From NCBI GenBank assembly GCA_034408855.1, contig JAWXCK010000253.1, positions 12,730 to 76,729 of the forward strand: a stretch of DNA of 64,000 bases, written 5' to 3'. The notes beneath the pieces are model-generated. The model did not search any database, was not told the origin of the DNA, and worked only from the letters and a program-made list of their open reading frames with translations. Positions 22,362 through 32,721 of this stretch are shown in pieces. Position 1 is the first letter of the stretch. The number at the start of each line of letters is the position of its first letter. The position numbers were made by a program, and so were the translations under genes. The DNA is from Pirellulaceae bacterium (lineage in GTDB: Bacteria > Planctomycetota > Planctomycetia > Pirellulales > Pirellulaceae).

Positions 22362-24002
22362 ATCATCGCTGAGTAACCATGCGTCAAGCCATTCTACGTC
22401 ACCTCGAACGGCTTTAAAATCGTCCACCAAGCGGCGATCCATATCCTTTAAATGGGCTGCCCCGTAAAAAATCCCAAGCTTGCGTTTTCCTAGCTTCAGT
22501 TGCTTCTCTAAAACTTCCATCACCTTTCGATTTCGCTCGGTCAGCAACGTGCTTTTGCCTTGTCCATCTTCCAACCCCGACAACTGAATTTCCATGCTGT
22601 CGAATTGCTCGGCCATCACTTGGCGCAAGGCGATCGGACGGTTCTTCGACATCAAGGCAGCGATCATCCTTCCGTCCGCGCCGGCAACCTCGGGACTGCC
22701 TTGGGCCGCAATGCTCGATCCTAAGACCCTTGCGAACATCGTCAAAAAACCATCTTTGCGTTTTTTCATGTCCTCCATAAATTCGTCGGGCGTCATATCG
22801 GCATGCACAAAGTTCTTAGCCGCGTAATCGACTTCATCAAGCTGGAAGGTAAGATTCAATGCATCTTTCATCCCGACTTGCATGGCACTGAGCGGGTTGT
22901 AAACGCCTCGATCTTTCTTCCGATCGGATAATCGCACGTTGGGATCAGCGACCAGTTCGAATAAGAGCGCATCGTAACTTTTGAACCGCTGATTGAGCTC
23001 GCGATAGTAACTGCGTTCACCGACATGCACTGCGCCAATCAAATCGATCTCCGCACCAGCATAAGCGCCCGACGAGATGCGATATTTCGAAACGGAAGTC
23101 TGCATGGAAACGAAATCGTCGTTCTTGTCTTTTTTGATCTGCATGAAGACCGGAGCATCTGACGAATCAATGCTGCTCGTGGCTTTTTCATCCAACGCTT
23201 TCGCTTTTGGTTTTTCTTCCTTGAGATTTCGATACTCCCAACCGCGCACTGTTGCCACGCACTGAAAATTGCAGTAGCCCAGAGGTCTGGAAGCGCCGAC
23301 TTCGATTCGAATTGAGAACTTGTGGTCTTCTCGATCGACCGATACAACTTCACGGTCATTCACCCACGCTTGCAAACTCTCCGAATCGACGCGAACGCGA
23401 AAGCGATACCACTCGCCATTCTTAAAGTCTTCAAAGCCGGTCGTCTCGTTTTCGGATGCGTCGTCGCCATTGATGCTGCTGATGCCAATCAAACCGCCAC
23501 CCCAACCACCCGCGATAAACGAACAGAATTCGTCACCGATCGGGAAAGTCACGCCCGCGAAAAAGTCTTGTCCCTCGACACGCTTAGCCTCCCATCGCAT
23601 TTCGTATTCGCTCTTGGGGAAATCCTTTTTATCGTAGGTCACACCGGTAAGCGGATCACCGAAGCCAAGCGTCAACTCACCGTCTTTGAGTTCGACATCT
23701 CCCTCGCCACCGAAATTGGTCTTTTTCCAACCCGTCAAATCCGAACCTTTTAACAAAGGCGTCCATACTTCTTTCGAGTTGTCCTTCGTACTTTTCGAAG
23801 GTGTTTCCGTTGCTTTACTTTCGGTTGTTTGCTGCGAGTAAAGCGTACCGGTATCCAGTCGCAGAGTGCAACCAATCAACAATAGCCACCAAGAAAAAAC
23901 TCGTTCCCAGGCTCTTGCCTGGGAACGCACTGCTTCCGAGGCTCCGCCTCGTGTACACATTGTTAATTCGCTGAGAAGTGTCGATTTTCGAAACATATTC
24001 AT
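22356..24002 (-). CDS. fusion protein: DUF1080 (3-keto-disaccharide hydrolase-like) N-domain + TraB/GumN-like C-domain
   Basis: LKGSDLTGWKKTNFGGEGDVELKDGELTL is DUF1080-like. IDLIGAVHVGERSYYRELNQRF...FYGAAHL is TraB/GumN-like. The ORF is open to 24068, but ATG 24002 avoids overlap with the upstream gene. Confidence 0.55.
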   Translation of the reverse strand: MNMFRKSTLLSELTMCTRGGASEAVRSQARAWERVFSWWLLLIGCTLRLDTGTLYSQQTTESKATETPSKSTKDNSKEVWTPLLKGSDLTGWKKTNFGGEGDVELKDGELTLGFGDPLTGVTYDKKDFPKSEYEMRWEAKRVEGQDFFAGVTFPIGDEFCSFIAGGWGGGLIGISSINGDDASENETTGFEDFKNGEWYRFRVRVDSESLQAWVNDREVVSVDREDHKFSIRIEVGASRPLGYCNFQCVATVRGWEYRNLKEEKPKAKALDEKATSSIDSSDAPVFMQIKKDKNDDFVSMQTSVSKYRISSGAYAGAEIDLIGAVHVGERSYYRELNQRFKSYDALLFELVADPNVRLSDRKKDRGVYNPLSAMQVGMKDALNLTFQLDEVDYAAKNFVHADMTPDEFMEDMKKRKDGFLTMFARVLGSSIAAQGSPEVAGADGRMIAALMSKNRPIALRQVMAEQFDSMEIQLSGLEDGQGKSTLLTERNRKVMEVLEKQLKLGKRKLGIFYGAAHLKDMDRRLVDDFKAVRGDVEWLDAWLLSDDR

Positions 24003-24010
24003 AGATCCAT

Positions 24011-24820
24011 TCATTTTTTTGGATAAGATTCTTCTTGTTCTCCAGGAACTCCGATAGCATCCGTCCAATCCGCGAGCGGCTGTTCAAACGCTATCCATTT
24101 CCCTCCGATCAATCGCTCTTGCGGAGCGAAACGTGCTTTGTATCGCAAGTGCTGGTTGTCGGCAACGAACATTCCAAGATAAAGATAACGCTTGCCTTGC
24201 TTGGCCGTCCACTCGATCTGCTTGAGGATCGAATACGTTCCTGGAGAAAATCTCGCGTACGACGGATGAAAGAAAGTATAGACTGCCGAAACGGACTCAT
24301 GACCACAGTCGACAATACTGGATGCGATCAACGCATCCTGATACCAAAAACTGAGTTCATAGGAATCGCAGCATGACTCGATGAGGAACCCGTTAAAGTC
24401 TTCGAACGAATAGTTATCGTTCGTCGCTGCAAGGTTTCGTTGCTGGCGATGTAGGTTAAACAGTTCGAGCCGCATTGTGTCGCCACTGGGTCGGCGAATT
24501 CTTGTTTCTAAATGCTTGTCACCATAGTTTGCTACGCGCTTCATCGAACGGCTTGGTGTAAATCGCTGCACTTCAAGGCGAGTCGGTTCGCAGGCCGAGC
24601 ACGTTGGGCAAGCCGTGTAGTAAACAAAGGCACCCGATCGACGTCGTCCTATTGCAAGCTGTTCGTCAAGCTCTTCAGGCGTTAGACGGCGCGTTGGATA
24701 AAGCAGCGGCATTCTTGCAATATGGTTTGGCCGATAGACGCAGTTGTGCTTATGGTCCGATAATTCAAGCATCGGAGCCGATGATAAATGGATAGGAAGA
24801 GCAGAATGCGGTGTGGCCAA
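24011..24820 (-). CDS. bpt: arginyl/leucyl-tRNA--protein transferase (Ate/Bpt family)
   Basis: 269 aa. Cys cluster CPTCSACEPTR plus the C-terminal ATE_C-like region (YLYLGMFVADNQHLRYKARF). Confidence 0.75.
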   Translation of the reverse strand: MATPHSALPIHLSSAPMLELSDHKHNCVYRPNHIARMPLLYPTRRLTPEELDEQLAIGRRRSGAFVYYTACPTCSACEPTRLEVQRFTPSRSMKRVANYGDKHLETRIRRPSGDTMRLELFNLHRQQRNLAATNDNYSFEDFNGFLIESCCDSYELSFWYQDALIASSIVDCGHESVSAVYTFFHPSYARFSPGTYSILKQIEWTAKQGKRYLYLGMFVADNQHLRYKARFAPQERLIGGKWIAFEQPLADWTDAIGVPGEQEESYPKK

Positions 24821-24977
24821 TGTAGCACCTCGAAAATGAGCGAGACACTCGATTATTCTAACCGAAAAGCAACTGGCAAGTTCGTACTACCGGCTACAAC
24901 CGGAAAATGGAATGGTCGGCATCTATTAGTCGGAACGCGTTAGCGTCCGGTTTCCCCGCAATTCGCGTGAACGGGAC

Positions 24978-25104
24978 GCTAGCGGCTTGTTGATTTAATC
25001 GCCAGCAGCATGGATTTCGTTTAACAGTCAGCCGTAGGCGTACTTCAAGGCCAAGAGTACGCCTTCGGCTAACTGTTAAACGATTAAATCAGCAAGCCGC
25101 TAGC
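24978..25104. repeat. compound palindromic intergenic element, copy 1 (~127 bp, REP/MITE-like)
   Basis: Outer arms gctagcggcttgttgatttaatcg / cgattaaatcagcaagccgctagc enclose an inner hairpin tttaacagtcagccgtaggcgtac / gtacgccttcggctaactgttaaa. Confidence 0.75.
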
Positions 25105-25158
25105 GCCATCGCGCTCACAAATGAGGGACAGTCGAACTAGTTCTGGTTGCCCCACCCC

Positions 25159-25200
25159 AAATAAAAAAGGCCACCGATGCAACGAATCGCATCGGTGGCC
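25159..25200 (-). terminator. rho-independent terminator of DUF1559 gene
   Basis: On the minus strand, a 12-bp GC-rich stem (ggccaccgatgc/gcatcggtggcc) is followed by TTTTTTATTT, 50 nt after the stop at 25250. Confidence 0.7.
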
Positions 25201-25249
25201 TTGATTGATCTAGCACGTCTTGCAAAAGCAAGACGGCTGTTTCGATGAA

Positions 25250-26557
25250 CTATTGGCTACTCGCATCGGCACCTGGTTCAGCCGAATTTCGAGTTCCCAT
25301 TGCTCCCCAAACACCGAACGGTGACGGACCATTCCAGTTCGTGGAAGCGCTCCATGGATGGCCCATGGTCGTTCCGCCCCATAGATTAGTTCTGCCTGGT
25401 GCATGGTAACCCCCGGCCGCTGTTGAAGCAGCGGTACCTACTTCAGGGTTCGTCGTATCGATGGAATCGGAGACGAAACGAATCGCATTGTCAAACATAA
25501 CAACGTGCGCACCACCGATGTGATAGCTTGACGCAGACATAATCCCGTCAATATCACCCGCAACACCAGCGTTGCCAGTATCAATCGGGTCGAAGCAGCT
25601 TGGACCGTTAGGACCGTTAATGGTATTAAATCCAGACATCAACACAGATCGATCCAACCAAGCTGTTCCGCGACTTGGATATACCGTCGTCACGGCAGGT
25701 GCTGGTTTAAAGACACCTGCTTGAACCAGGGCGCGGCAAGCCAAGACATCGACTGTCCGGAACATTGAACCGATTGCCATTACGGTAGGCGCTGCAACGA
25801 CGTTTCCCTGAATTCTAGTCCTGTTTGCGACAACCGCTTGATCGATCACATTCGAAGCAGGAGTTGCAGCCTCGCCAAACATGATCGTGTTCGACGTTCC
25901 GTCAACTACGGCCGCTAATGTATATTGGAAACCACCGCCAAACATACCTCGCGTGTGCTCCTGGGCGATATTCCACTCCCAGTTACCACGATCGCTATCG
26001 CCGACGCAAAACATATAGTTAAGTCGCGCAATGCCTTGACGACTGTTCCAGTTGTTGGTCTTGCGACCTGGATCCGATGGGCAACGCATAAATCCAATTT
26101 GAGTCAAGTTAGGATGATAATTGCCGTGTTGGGAATGTCTAAACGTTGTGGTTCCTGGGGTTTGACCATAAGGACCATAAGTAATGGAAGTGTTTGCAGT
26201 GTTCGTCTTTCGACTATATCCGCCTTGGATTTCGTTATATATCTGGGTTGCCTCCATAAAGGGTAGCAATCCAATAATCCCAGACCAACGTCGATTACCG
26301 CCGATCGTGTTGCCCGTCCCGGCACTAGCATTTGCTCGGTGAATACCGCTACCTAGTGGAGGAATCAACTTAAACGAGCCTTCGTAATTCAGCACGGCAA
26401 TACCGAACTGGCGAATGTTGCTGCTGCAACTCATTCGTCGAGCTGCTTCGCGAGCTTGTTGAATCGCAGGCAATAATAGGCCCGCCAAAATGCCGATGAT
26501 CGCAATGACCACCAGCAGCTCCACTAACGTGAAGCCCTTTCTAAACATCTTCTTCAT
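25250..26557 (-). CDS. DUF1559 domain protein with prepilin-type N-terminal cleavage/methylation segment
   Basis: [41 protein letters not shown]. The ORF is open to 26722, but homology with its paralog begins at ATG 26557. Confidence 0.85.
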   Translation of the reverse strand: MKKMFRKGFTLVELLVVIAIIGILAGLLLPAIQQAREAARRMSCSSNIRQFGIAVLNYEGSFKLIPPLGSGIHRANASAGTGNTIGGNRRWSGIIGLLPFMEATQIYNEIQGGYSRKTNTANTSITYGPYGQTPGTTTFRHSQHGNYHPNLTQIGFMRCPSDPGRKTNNWNSRQGIARLNYMFCVGDSDRGNWEWNIAQEHTRGMFGGGFQYTLAAVVDGTSNTIMFGEAATPASNVIDQAVVANRTRIQGNVVAAPTVMAIGSMFRTVDVLACRALVQAGVFKPAPAVTTVYPSRGTAWLDRSVLMSGFNTINGPNGPSCFDPIDTGNAGVAGDIDGIMSASSYHIGGAHVVMFDNAIRFVSDSIDTTNPEVGTAASTAAGGYHAPGRTNLWGGTTMGHPWSASTNWNGPSPFGVWGAMGTRNSAEPGADASSQ

Positions 26558-26921
26558 AACAAAAAACTCCATAGACAAAGATAACGCTCGCGATTGCCAA
26601 AATAGCAACGCGAAAACAATACAAAAACTACCGATAGCAATTGTACCAAAGCGACCGATTCCGTCAATCGATGGTTTTAACGGCGTCGCAAACCACCTTG
26701 AAACAAAAGCCGCGAATTTCATCAGCAGATGTTGTTCCAGACCGCAGGAAAATTACCAGTTTTGAATTAAAGTTCCGCGTTCGTGGTTGCAGTTCCGCCC
26801 GGTTTCGACGCTTTATCGGACGGCTCGCGCCGTTCCGCTTACCTTAGCCATGCGACATTCGGGGCTTGCCACCGTCGATCGCATCTTTGGGTACTATAAG
26901 GGCGACCACCTGAATTCCGGT

Positions 26922-26948
26922 AAAAGAAAGATAGCCCGCGAAGCGGGC
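26922..26948 (-). terminator. probable rho-independent terminator
   Basis: On the minus strand, the hairpin gcccgcttcgcgggc is followed by a T-rich tract (tatctttctttt), 43 nt after the stop at 26991. Confidence 0.5.
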
Positions 26949-26990
26949 AGTCTCGCGTTTACCGAAGGGACGACAAGGGTCCAACAAAAA

Positions 26991-28280
26991 TTACTGGCTA
27001 CTGGCATCGGCACCTGGTTCTGCCGAATTTCGAGTTCCCATGGCTCCCCAAACACCGAACGTTGACGGTCCGTTCCAGTTATTAGACTGCCGCCATGTCT
27101 GACTATTCGCACCACCGTATCGATCGGTTCGACCGGGTGCGGTGTATCCGCCGGCACTGGTTTGTGCGGTTGCACCCGGTTCCGGATTGGTCGTGTCGAT
27201 CGAATCCGAAATAAATCGAACCGCATTGTCGAACATTACCACGTGCGCACCACCAGTGTGGTAGCTCGAGGCTGGCAATATCCCGTCGATAATACCATTG
27301 GCGTTTCCCGTATCTACTGGATCGTAACAGTTAGAGCTGTTGGGCCCGCTGATCGTATTAAACCCGGAATAGCATGGAGGGCGATGCAACCATCTTGTTC
27401 CGCGTCGCGCTTGAGCATTCGTGATCGTTGGCAAATACACGCCAGCTCGGGCTAGATTGCGGCAAGCTATTACGTCGATCGATCGGAAAGGGGCACCGGC
27501 AACGGCTGTCGTCGGAGCAATCACTAAATTGCCTTGAACCTTGATTCTATTGCCAGTAATCGCGTTGAGTGCATTGGATGCAGGCGTAGCTGCTTCGCCA
27601 AACATGATCGTGTTCGACGTTCCATCGACTGCGGCGGCCAATGTGTATTGGAATCCGGCTAGGAACAAGCCCCGCGTATGCTCCTGGTTAAGACTGGATT
27701 CGTAGTGCCCGCGATCGCTATCGCCGAGACAGAACATATAGTTCAACCTCGCAATAGACGATTCCACGTTCCAATTGTTAGTTTTTCGGCCAGGATCGGA
27801 TGGGCAGCGCATGAAGCCAATCTGAGTCAAGTTCGGGTGATAATTGCCATTTTGGGGAGATCTAAACGTTGTGGTTCCTGGGATTTGACCATACGGACCA
27901 TAGGTGATCGACGCGTTTGCAGTGTTAGTCTTTCGTGTATAACCACCGACAATCTCATTATAAACGGCGGTTGCTTCCATGAACGGAAGCAACCCGATGA
28001 TCCCGCTCCAATATTGGCTGCCGGTAAGCGGTGTTTGATAACCGTACTGTGGAGACGCATGGTGAATACCGGCTCCCAGCGGCGGTAAAAGCTTATACGA
28101 ACCTTCATAATTCAGCACGGCTATGCCGAACTGGCGAATGTTGCTGCTGCAGCTCATGCGTCGAGCTGCTTCGCGAGCTTGTTGGATGGCTGGCAATAAT
28201 AGCCCAGCCAGAATGCCAATGATAGCGATGACCACAAGCAGCTCCACTAACGTGAAGCCTTTCCGAAACAATTTTTTCAT
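26991..28280 (-). CDS. DUF1559 domain protein with prepilin-type N-terminus (tandem paralog)
   Basis: 429 aa starting [41 protein letters not shown]. The C-terminus [22 protein letters not shown] is identical to that of the neighbour. Confidence 0.88.
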   Translation of the reverse strand: MKKLFRKGFTLVELLVVIAIIGILAGLLLPAIQQAREAARRMSCSSNIRQFGIAVLNYEGSYKLLPPLGAGIHHASPQYGYQTPLTGSQYWSGIIGLLPFMEATAVYNEIVGGYTRKTNTANASITYGPYGQIPGTTTFRSPQNGNYHPNLTQIGFMRCPSDPGRKTNNWNVESSIARLNYMFCLGDSDRGHYESSLNQEHTRGLFLAGFQYTLAAAVDGTSNTIMFGEAATPASNALNAITGNRIKVQGNLVIAPTTAVAGAPFRSIDVIACRNLARAGVYLPTITNAQARRGTRWLHRPPCYSGFNTISGPNSSNCYDPVDTGNANGIIDGILPASSYHTGGAHVVMFDNAVRFISDSIDTTNPEPGATAQTSAGGYTAPGRTDRYGGANSQTWRQSNNWNGPSTFGVWGAMGTRNSAEPGADASSQ

Positions 28281-28470
28281 AGATAAAGATCCCTTAGAAA
28301 AAAGAAAATATCAAACGTCAAAACGAACGTTCGAAAAAAACCGAGAACAATTACGAATACTTAATTTATCGTAGGGGAAGTATCCCGTCAATTATTATCC
28401 CGCACAGTGAAAATAAAAGCCGTTGGCTTTAGAGGCTGGGTGGCAGCGGGGAAAGTCCTCGACGCTAAAA

Positions 28471-28528
28471 GTGGGGTAAGCTTCCAGCTTGCCGACTCGA
28501 TTCCTCGCAAGCTGGAAGCTTACGCCAC
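28471..28528. repeat. 22-nt-arm inverted repeat downstream of rdgB
   Basis: Arms gtggggtaagcttccagcttgc / gcaagctggaagcttacgccac, with one mismatch. Confidence 0.6.
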
Positions 28529-28536
28529 TTAGCCAC

Positions 28537-29172
28537 TTATTGAATTGACTCAAAATGCGACAGGGCATGAGACAGTTTGGCTTTGAATTGCAGGATAGCT
28601 TGGCCGCGATGGCTGATCGCACTTTTTTCCGCAACGTCCAGCTCGGCAAAGGTTTTCTGCGTTTCGACGATTTCGAAGAGCGGATCGTAGCCGAAACCGC
28701 CGGAGCCACGGCGCTGGTGAAGCATACGCCCCCAGCATTGCCCTTCGGATTCGACGATTATTTTCCCGTCCGGGGAAGCGAGACACATTGTCGAAACGTA
28801 GTACGCAGCCCTCTTTTCGCCTTCGAGGCCGACCATTTCCTTGAGCAATTTATCGTTATTCGCTTCGTCGCCAACTCCAAGACCGGCATAGCGGGCCGAG
28901 AAGACACCGGGCTCTCCATTTAAGGCTGGCACGCAGAGTCCGCTATCTTCTCCAATGGCCCAATGGCCATAATGCATCGCTTGGGCCGTCGCCTTGATAC
29001 GTGCATTTTCGATGAAGGTCGCTCCCGTCTCTTCGACGTCGATACGATCGGGCATCTCGGAAAGATCGACCAGCCTAAATCCGAGCGGCTCGAGGGCAGG
29101 ACGAAGTTCGACAATCTTCTTCCGATTGGTGGTTCCAAGCAAAAGCGTTTTTGGGAATGCGTACTTCATCAT
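28537..29172 (-). CDS. rdgB: non-canonical purine NTP pyrophosphatase (RdgB/HAM1 family)
   Basis: LLLGTTNRKKIVEL..., FGYDPLF and SHRGQA motifs. The ORF is open to 29223. ATG 29172 (MMKYAF) is the probable start. Confidence 0.85.
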   Translation of the reverse strand: MMKYAFPKTLLLGTTNRKKIVELRPALEPLGFRLVDLSEMPDRIDVEETGATFIENARIKATAQAMHYGHWAIGEDSGLCVPALNGEPGVFSARYAGLGVGDEANNDKLLKEMVGLEGEKRAAYYVSTMCLASPDGKIIVESEGQCWGRMLHQRRGSGGFGYDPLFEIVETQKTFAELDVAEKSAISHRGQAILQFKAKLSHALSHFESIQ

Positions 29173-29250
29173 CACTCGACGGTTTTGTAGCGGAGCGGCG
29201 CAATCCGCCCGGTGTATATCCAATAATTCTTCGCATCCACCGGACGGCTC

Positions 29251-29370
29251 GCGGGCTGTTGGTTTAATCGTTAAAAAGTCAGCCGTAGGCGTACTCGTTG
29301 CCTTTCACGTACGCCTACGGCTGAAGGTTAAACGAAATCCTTGCTGCTAGCGATTAAACCAACAACCCGC
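29251..29370. repeat. compound palindromic intergenic element, copy 2 (inverted relative to copy 1)
   Basis: Outer arms gcgggctgttggtttaatcg / cgattaaaccaacaacccgc and inner hairpin agtcagccgtaggcgtac / gtacgcctacggctga. The internal segment ttaaacgaaatccttgctgctagcgattaaa matches the reverse complement of copy 1. Confidence 0.75.
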
Positions 29371-29424
29371 TCGCGCCGTACCGCTACGAAAGTGAGCGAT
29401 CCGTGCCGCTCACCGTCTTCGCCG

Positions 29425-32400
29425 CTAGGCGGCTTTAATTCGGCTCGTCGATTGCTCTCGACTGGCTAGCCAAAGAAGAATCGGAGCTGCGACAAAGATC
29501 GAACTGTAGGTACCGACGACAATTCCGATTCCCATGGCGAACGCGAAACCATGTACACCTTCGCCACCGAAAACATAAAGCAAAAAGATGGCAACGATCG
29601 TTGTGGAAGACGTCAGCAAAGTTCGACCCAACGTCTGATTCACGCTCAGATTGATCATCTGCGAAGTCAATCGTGGACTCTTCCCTTTGACTTCGCGAAT
29701 TCGGTCGAATACCACGATCGTATCGTTCAACGAATAACCCATGATGGTCAAGAACGCAGCCACGATAGTTAAGCTGATCTTGAAGTCTTCGATCATGAGC
29801 ACCTTGAGCGGTTCGTAAAGCCAATGGCTCAGCGCAATGCAACCGAGCGTAATAAAGACGTCGTGAACTAATGCCACAACAGCCGCCAGGCCGTAGGAAA
29901 TCTTCTGAAATCGGAACCAAATATAGGCGACAATGAAGAGCATACTGACGACCAACGCCAAGATCGCATCGCGCTGCATCTGACCGGCGATTCGTGACTC
30001 AATACGGTTCTTGGTTTGCCAAAGCGGTTCTTTTTTGAGTTCCGTAGATAGCTGAGCGGTAATCTTATCGTTGGTTGCAACATCGAACGGAATCTCAACA
30101 TTCCATTCCGCGTAACCCACTTGAGATTCTGGCGTCCAATCCGTCGCGTCGACCGGACTAGCATTGACTTGCTCCGGTACTAAATTGCTTCCGGCATTCG
30201 TGGCGGCCGCTACAATTTTATCTTGCAATTCTCTGGCATCCATCTTCGCGGAATTCTTGGCATTTCCCGTCGAAAACGTCAACGTTCGTTTGCTCCTGGC
30301 CGCATCGGTTGCGGCCGCACCGACCGGTGAATCCAAAGCGACTGCCGGAGTTGCGTTGACGGCATATGTTTCGAGACTTGCCCCGGCGTTTTCTTCGGTG
30401 AATCCGTCGGTCAATCGCGAGGTCAAATCGGCGACGCTTTTGATCGACGTATCGAGCTTGAATACGGCGTTCTCTTCAAAGCCACTTAGCTTGACGCTGG
30501 TTAAACTGGTCTGAATCGGTAACCCTGCTTCGTCTTTTCCAAAGACTTTGGCGATCACTTCACGAACCTTATCGACTTCTAATGGCTTCGTGATCGAAAA
30601 GATAACCGATGTTCCACCGTTGAAATCGATATCGAGAATATTCCTGCCGCGAAAGGCAGTAGCAACAATCCCGATGAGGATGAGGATCGCTGAAATGGTG
30701 TAGCAGGCAAATCGCATACTCATAAAATCGATGTCTTTGTCGCCGAGGAATCTCTTTCGAACGAAAGCGATTGCGTCGGTCATTGAATAGCTCACGAACT
30801 TGCAACGCTCGGCAATGTCGAACAAGACGCGCGAGCAGAATACGGCAGTGAACATACTGATCACCAACCCGATAATCAGCGTAATCGCGAAGCCTTTTAC
30901 CTGGTCGGTACCCAACCAATACAAGACCAAGGCGGTGATCAACGTTGTAAAGTTCGAGTCGAAAATCGTCGTCCAAGCGCGTTCGAACCCGTTGCGAATC
31001 GCCAGTCGCCCGGTCGACTTCTTCGCAATCTCTTCGCGAATACGTTCGAAGACGAGTACGTTTGCATCGACCGACATACCTACCGTGAGAACCAAACCTG
31101 CCAGACCAGGCAACGTGATCGGTTGCTGGATGATGATCATGCCTGCCAAGATCAATAGCAAGTTGATCAACAGCGCCATCGAGGCGACCACGCCGGAGAA
31201 GCGATAGTAAATGAGGATGAATCCGATCGTAAAGGCGAGCGAATACATACAAGCTTCGAAAGCTCGTCTAATTGCATCTTGACCCATCGCCGCCCCAACT
31301 TGATTCTCACTGATGGGGGTCTTGTTCAGGGCGGCTGGTAACGAGCCAGACTCGAGAATATTGACTAAGAAATCGACTTCAGCGCGTGTGAAATTGCCTT
31401 GAATCACACCGGAGCTGCTAATCGGCTGGTTAAGATTCGGAGCGGAAAGTACTTTTTCATCGAGTACGATTGCGAGTCTTCGTTTGAAACCGGATGGGTC
31501 AGGACGGTTTGCGTACGTTAAGTCCGAAAGGCGCTTGGCGCCCGCGCTTTTCATCGCGAATTCGACTTCGGGGAAGCCGCTTTTGCTCATCGCGCGACGG
31601 GCGGTTTGAAGGTCGTCGCCGGTTACTTCGACGAATCGTTTGCCGCCGCGTTCGAGCGCGAGCAACATATCGACATCGTTGACACCCTTCGCGAGCAGCC
31701 ATTTCTCGAATTCAAGCGGTCGTTCGAAAGAAGGGATGTTCTCGATAATTTGACCGGTTTTATGGTCGCGGAGAATGTCTCGAGTATCGGCAGATTTGTA
31801 AGGAAAAATCCCTTCCTTGGCTTTTTCGTCGCGTCCGACAGCTTGCCAGAGTCCGACTACCGGCCGCTCGTTTCCTTCTCCGTCGTAAACCTCTTTGGTA
31901 AGTCGAAGGTAGCCATCTTCGCTGGCAGCTTGCTTTCTCGCCAACTGAATAATGCTCTGATGGTCAGTTTGATTGGCAACAATTCGAAAATTGAGGATCC
32001 CTGCTTCCTGAATAATTCGCTTGATCGCATTGACTTCCATCTGATCGACGTTGGGAACGACGATTTCGATCTGATCGTCACCGCTGGGGCGGATCATGAT
32101 TTCCTTGGTGCCCGACGGATTGAGACGTTGGGCTAGCCTTGGAACCAGCGTCGCGGCTTTGATCGGAGCTCGACCAGCTTCGACAACGGCTGCCTTCTTA
32201 TCGAGTTCATAGATGAGGTTCGTCCCCCCTATGATGTCTGGGCCATAACGAAGCGGCGTTGTCCAGATAATCAGCACGCTGGCGACGATCGGTGCTAGAA
32301 CCAAGCCGATTTTTCCGCCGTAGTCCGACATCTTCAAGGCGCGCGCAACCATTCGGCCAAAAACAAACGGAAGTACGAAAACTGCGGCAAGAATCGCCAG

Positions 32401-32502
32401 CATGGAGCCAAAACTTTGCAAGTTTTCCATCCAAGTCGGGGCAATCGGCGTAGTGTTTTGAGCTTGCTGAGCAAGCATCCAAGCGATGGATAGACCGTCC
32501 AT
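29425..32502 (-). CDS. secDF: protein translocase subunit SecDF (fused)
   Basis: 1025 aa with two 6-TM RND-like modules (SecD then SecF). Typical motifs include SVDANVLVFERIREE and NDTIVVFDRIRE. Confidence 0.88.
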   Translation of the reverse strand: MDGLSIAWMLAQQAQNTTPIAPTWMENLQSFGSMLAILAAVFVLPFVFGRMVARALKMSDYGGKIGLVLAPIVASVLIIWTTPLRYGPDIIGGTNLIYELDKKAAVVEAGRAPIKAATLVPRLAQRLNPSGTKEIMIRPSGDDQIEIVVPNVDQMEVNAIKRIIQEAGILNFRIVANQTDHQSIIQLARKQAASEDGYLRLTKEVYDGEGNERPVVGLWQAVGRDEKAKEGIFPYKSADTRDILRDHKTGQIIENIPSFERPLEFEKWLLAKGVNDVDMLLALERGGKRFVEVTGDDLQTARRAMSKSGFPEVEFAMKSAGAKRLSDLTYANRPDPSGFKRRLAIVLDEKVLSAPNLNQPISSSGVIQGNFTRAEVDFLVNILESGSLPAALNKTPISENQVGAAMGQDAIRRAFEACMYSLAFTIGFILIYYRFSGVVASMALLINLLLILAGMIIIQQPITLPGLAGLVLTVGMSVDANVLVFERIREEIAKKSTGRLAIRNGFERAWTTIFDSNFTTLITALVLYWLGTDQVKGFAITLIIGLVISMFTAVFCSRVLFDIAERCKFVSYSMTDAIAFVRKRFLGDKDIDFMSMRFACYTISAILILIGIVATAFRGRNILDIDFNGGTSVIFSITKPLEVDKVREVIAKVFGKDEAGLPIQTSLTSVKLSGFEENAVFKLDTSIKSVADLTSRLTDGFTEENAGASLETYAVNATPAVALDSPVGAAATDAARSKRTLTFSTGNAKNSAKMDARELQDKIVAAATNAGSNLVPEQVNASPVDATDWTPESQVGYAEWNVEIPFDVATNDKITAQLSTELKKEPLWQTKNRIESRIAGQMQRDAILALVVSMLFIVAYIWFRFQKISYGLAAVVALVHDVFITLGCIALSHWLYEPLKVLMIEDFKISLTIVAAFLTIMGYSLNDTIVVFDRIREVKGKSPRLTSQMINLSVNQTLGRTLLTSSTTIVAIFLLYVFGGEGVHGFAFAMGIGIVVGTYSSIFVAAPILLWLASREQSTSRIKAA

Positions 32503-32693
32503 ACGTGTGAAAAATCCAAGTTACGAAAGAATTTCAAGCATTTTTTTCATACAGTTTCGGCGCGGCAATTGCTTCCGAAATCGCCGCCCAGTGCAAAAAA
32601 CCGAACCGCAGAGTGTACGTCTGCAACTCGCTAGTCACAAGTCCACAATAAGAAAGCCAGTCGTTTTCCGCATCGAATAACGCATTCTATGTT

Positions 32694-32721
32694 GAGGGAC
32701 GAGGGATGAGGGATGAGGGAT
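32694..32721 (+). repeat. four tandem heptamers GAGGGA(C/T); G3N4G3N4G3N4G3 G-quadruplex-type motif
   Basis: Reads gagggac gagggat gagggat gagggat, directly abutting palindromic element copy 3 in the secDF/lpxD divergent intergenic region. Confidence 0.7.

Noticed and set aside
29435-31252. ORFs of 161 and 227 aa in alternative frames of the secDF strand (29435-29920 and 30569-31252)
   Set aside because: They lie entirely within the well-supported 1025-aa SecDF frame, and their translations are Arg-rich nonsense.
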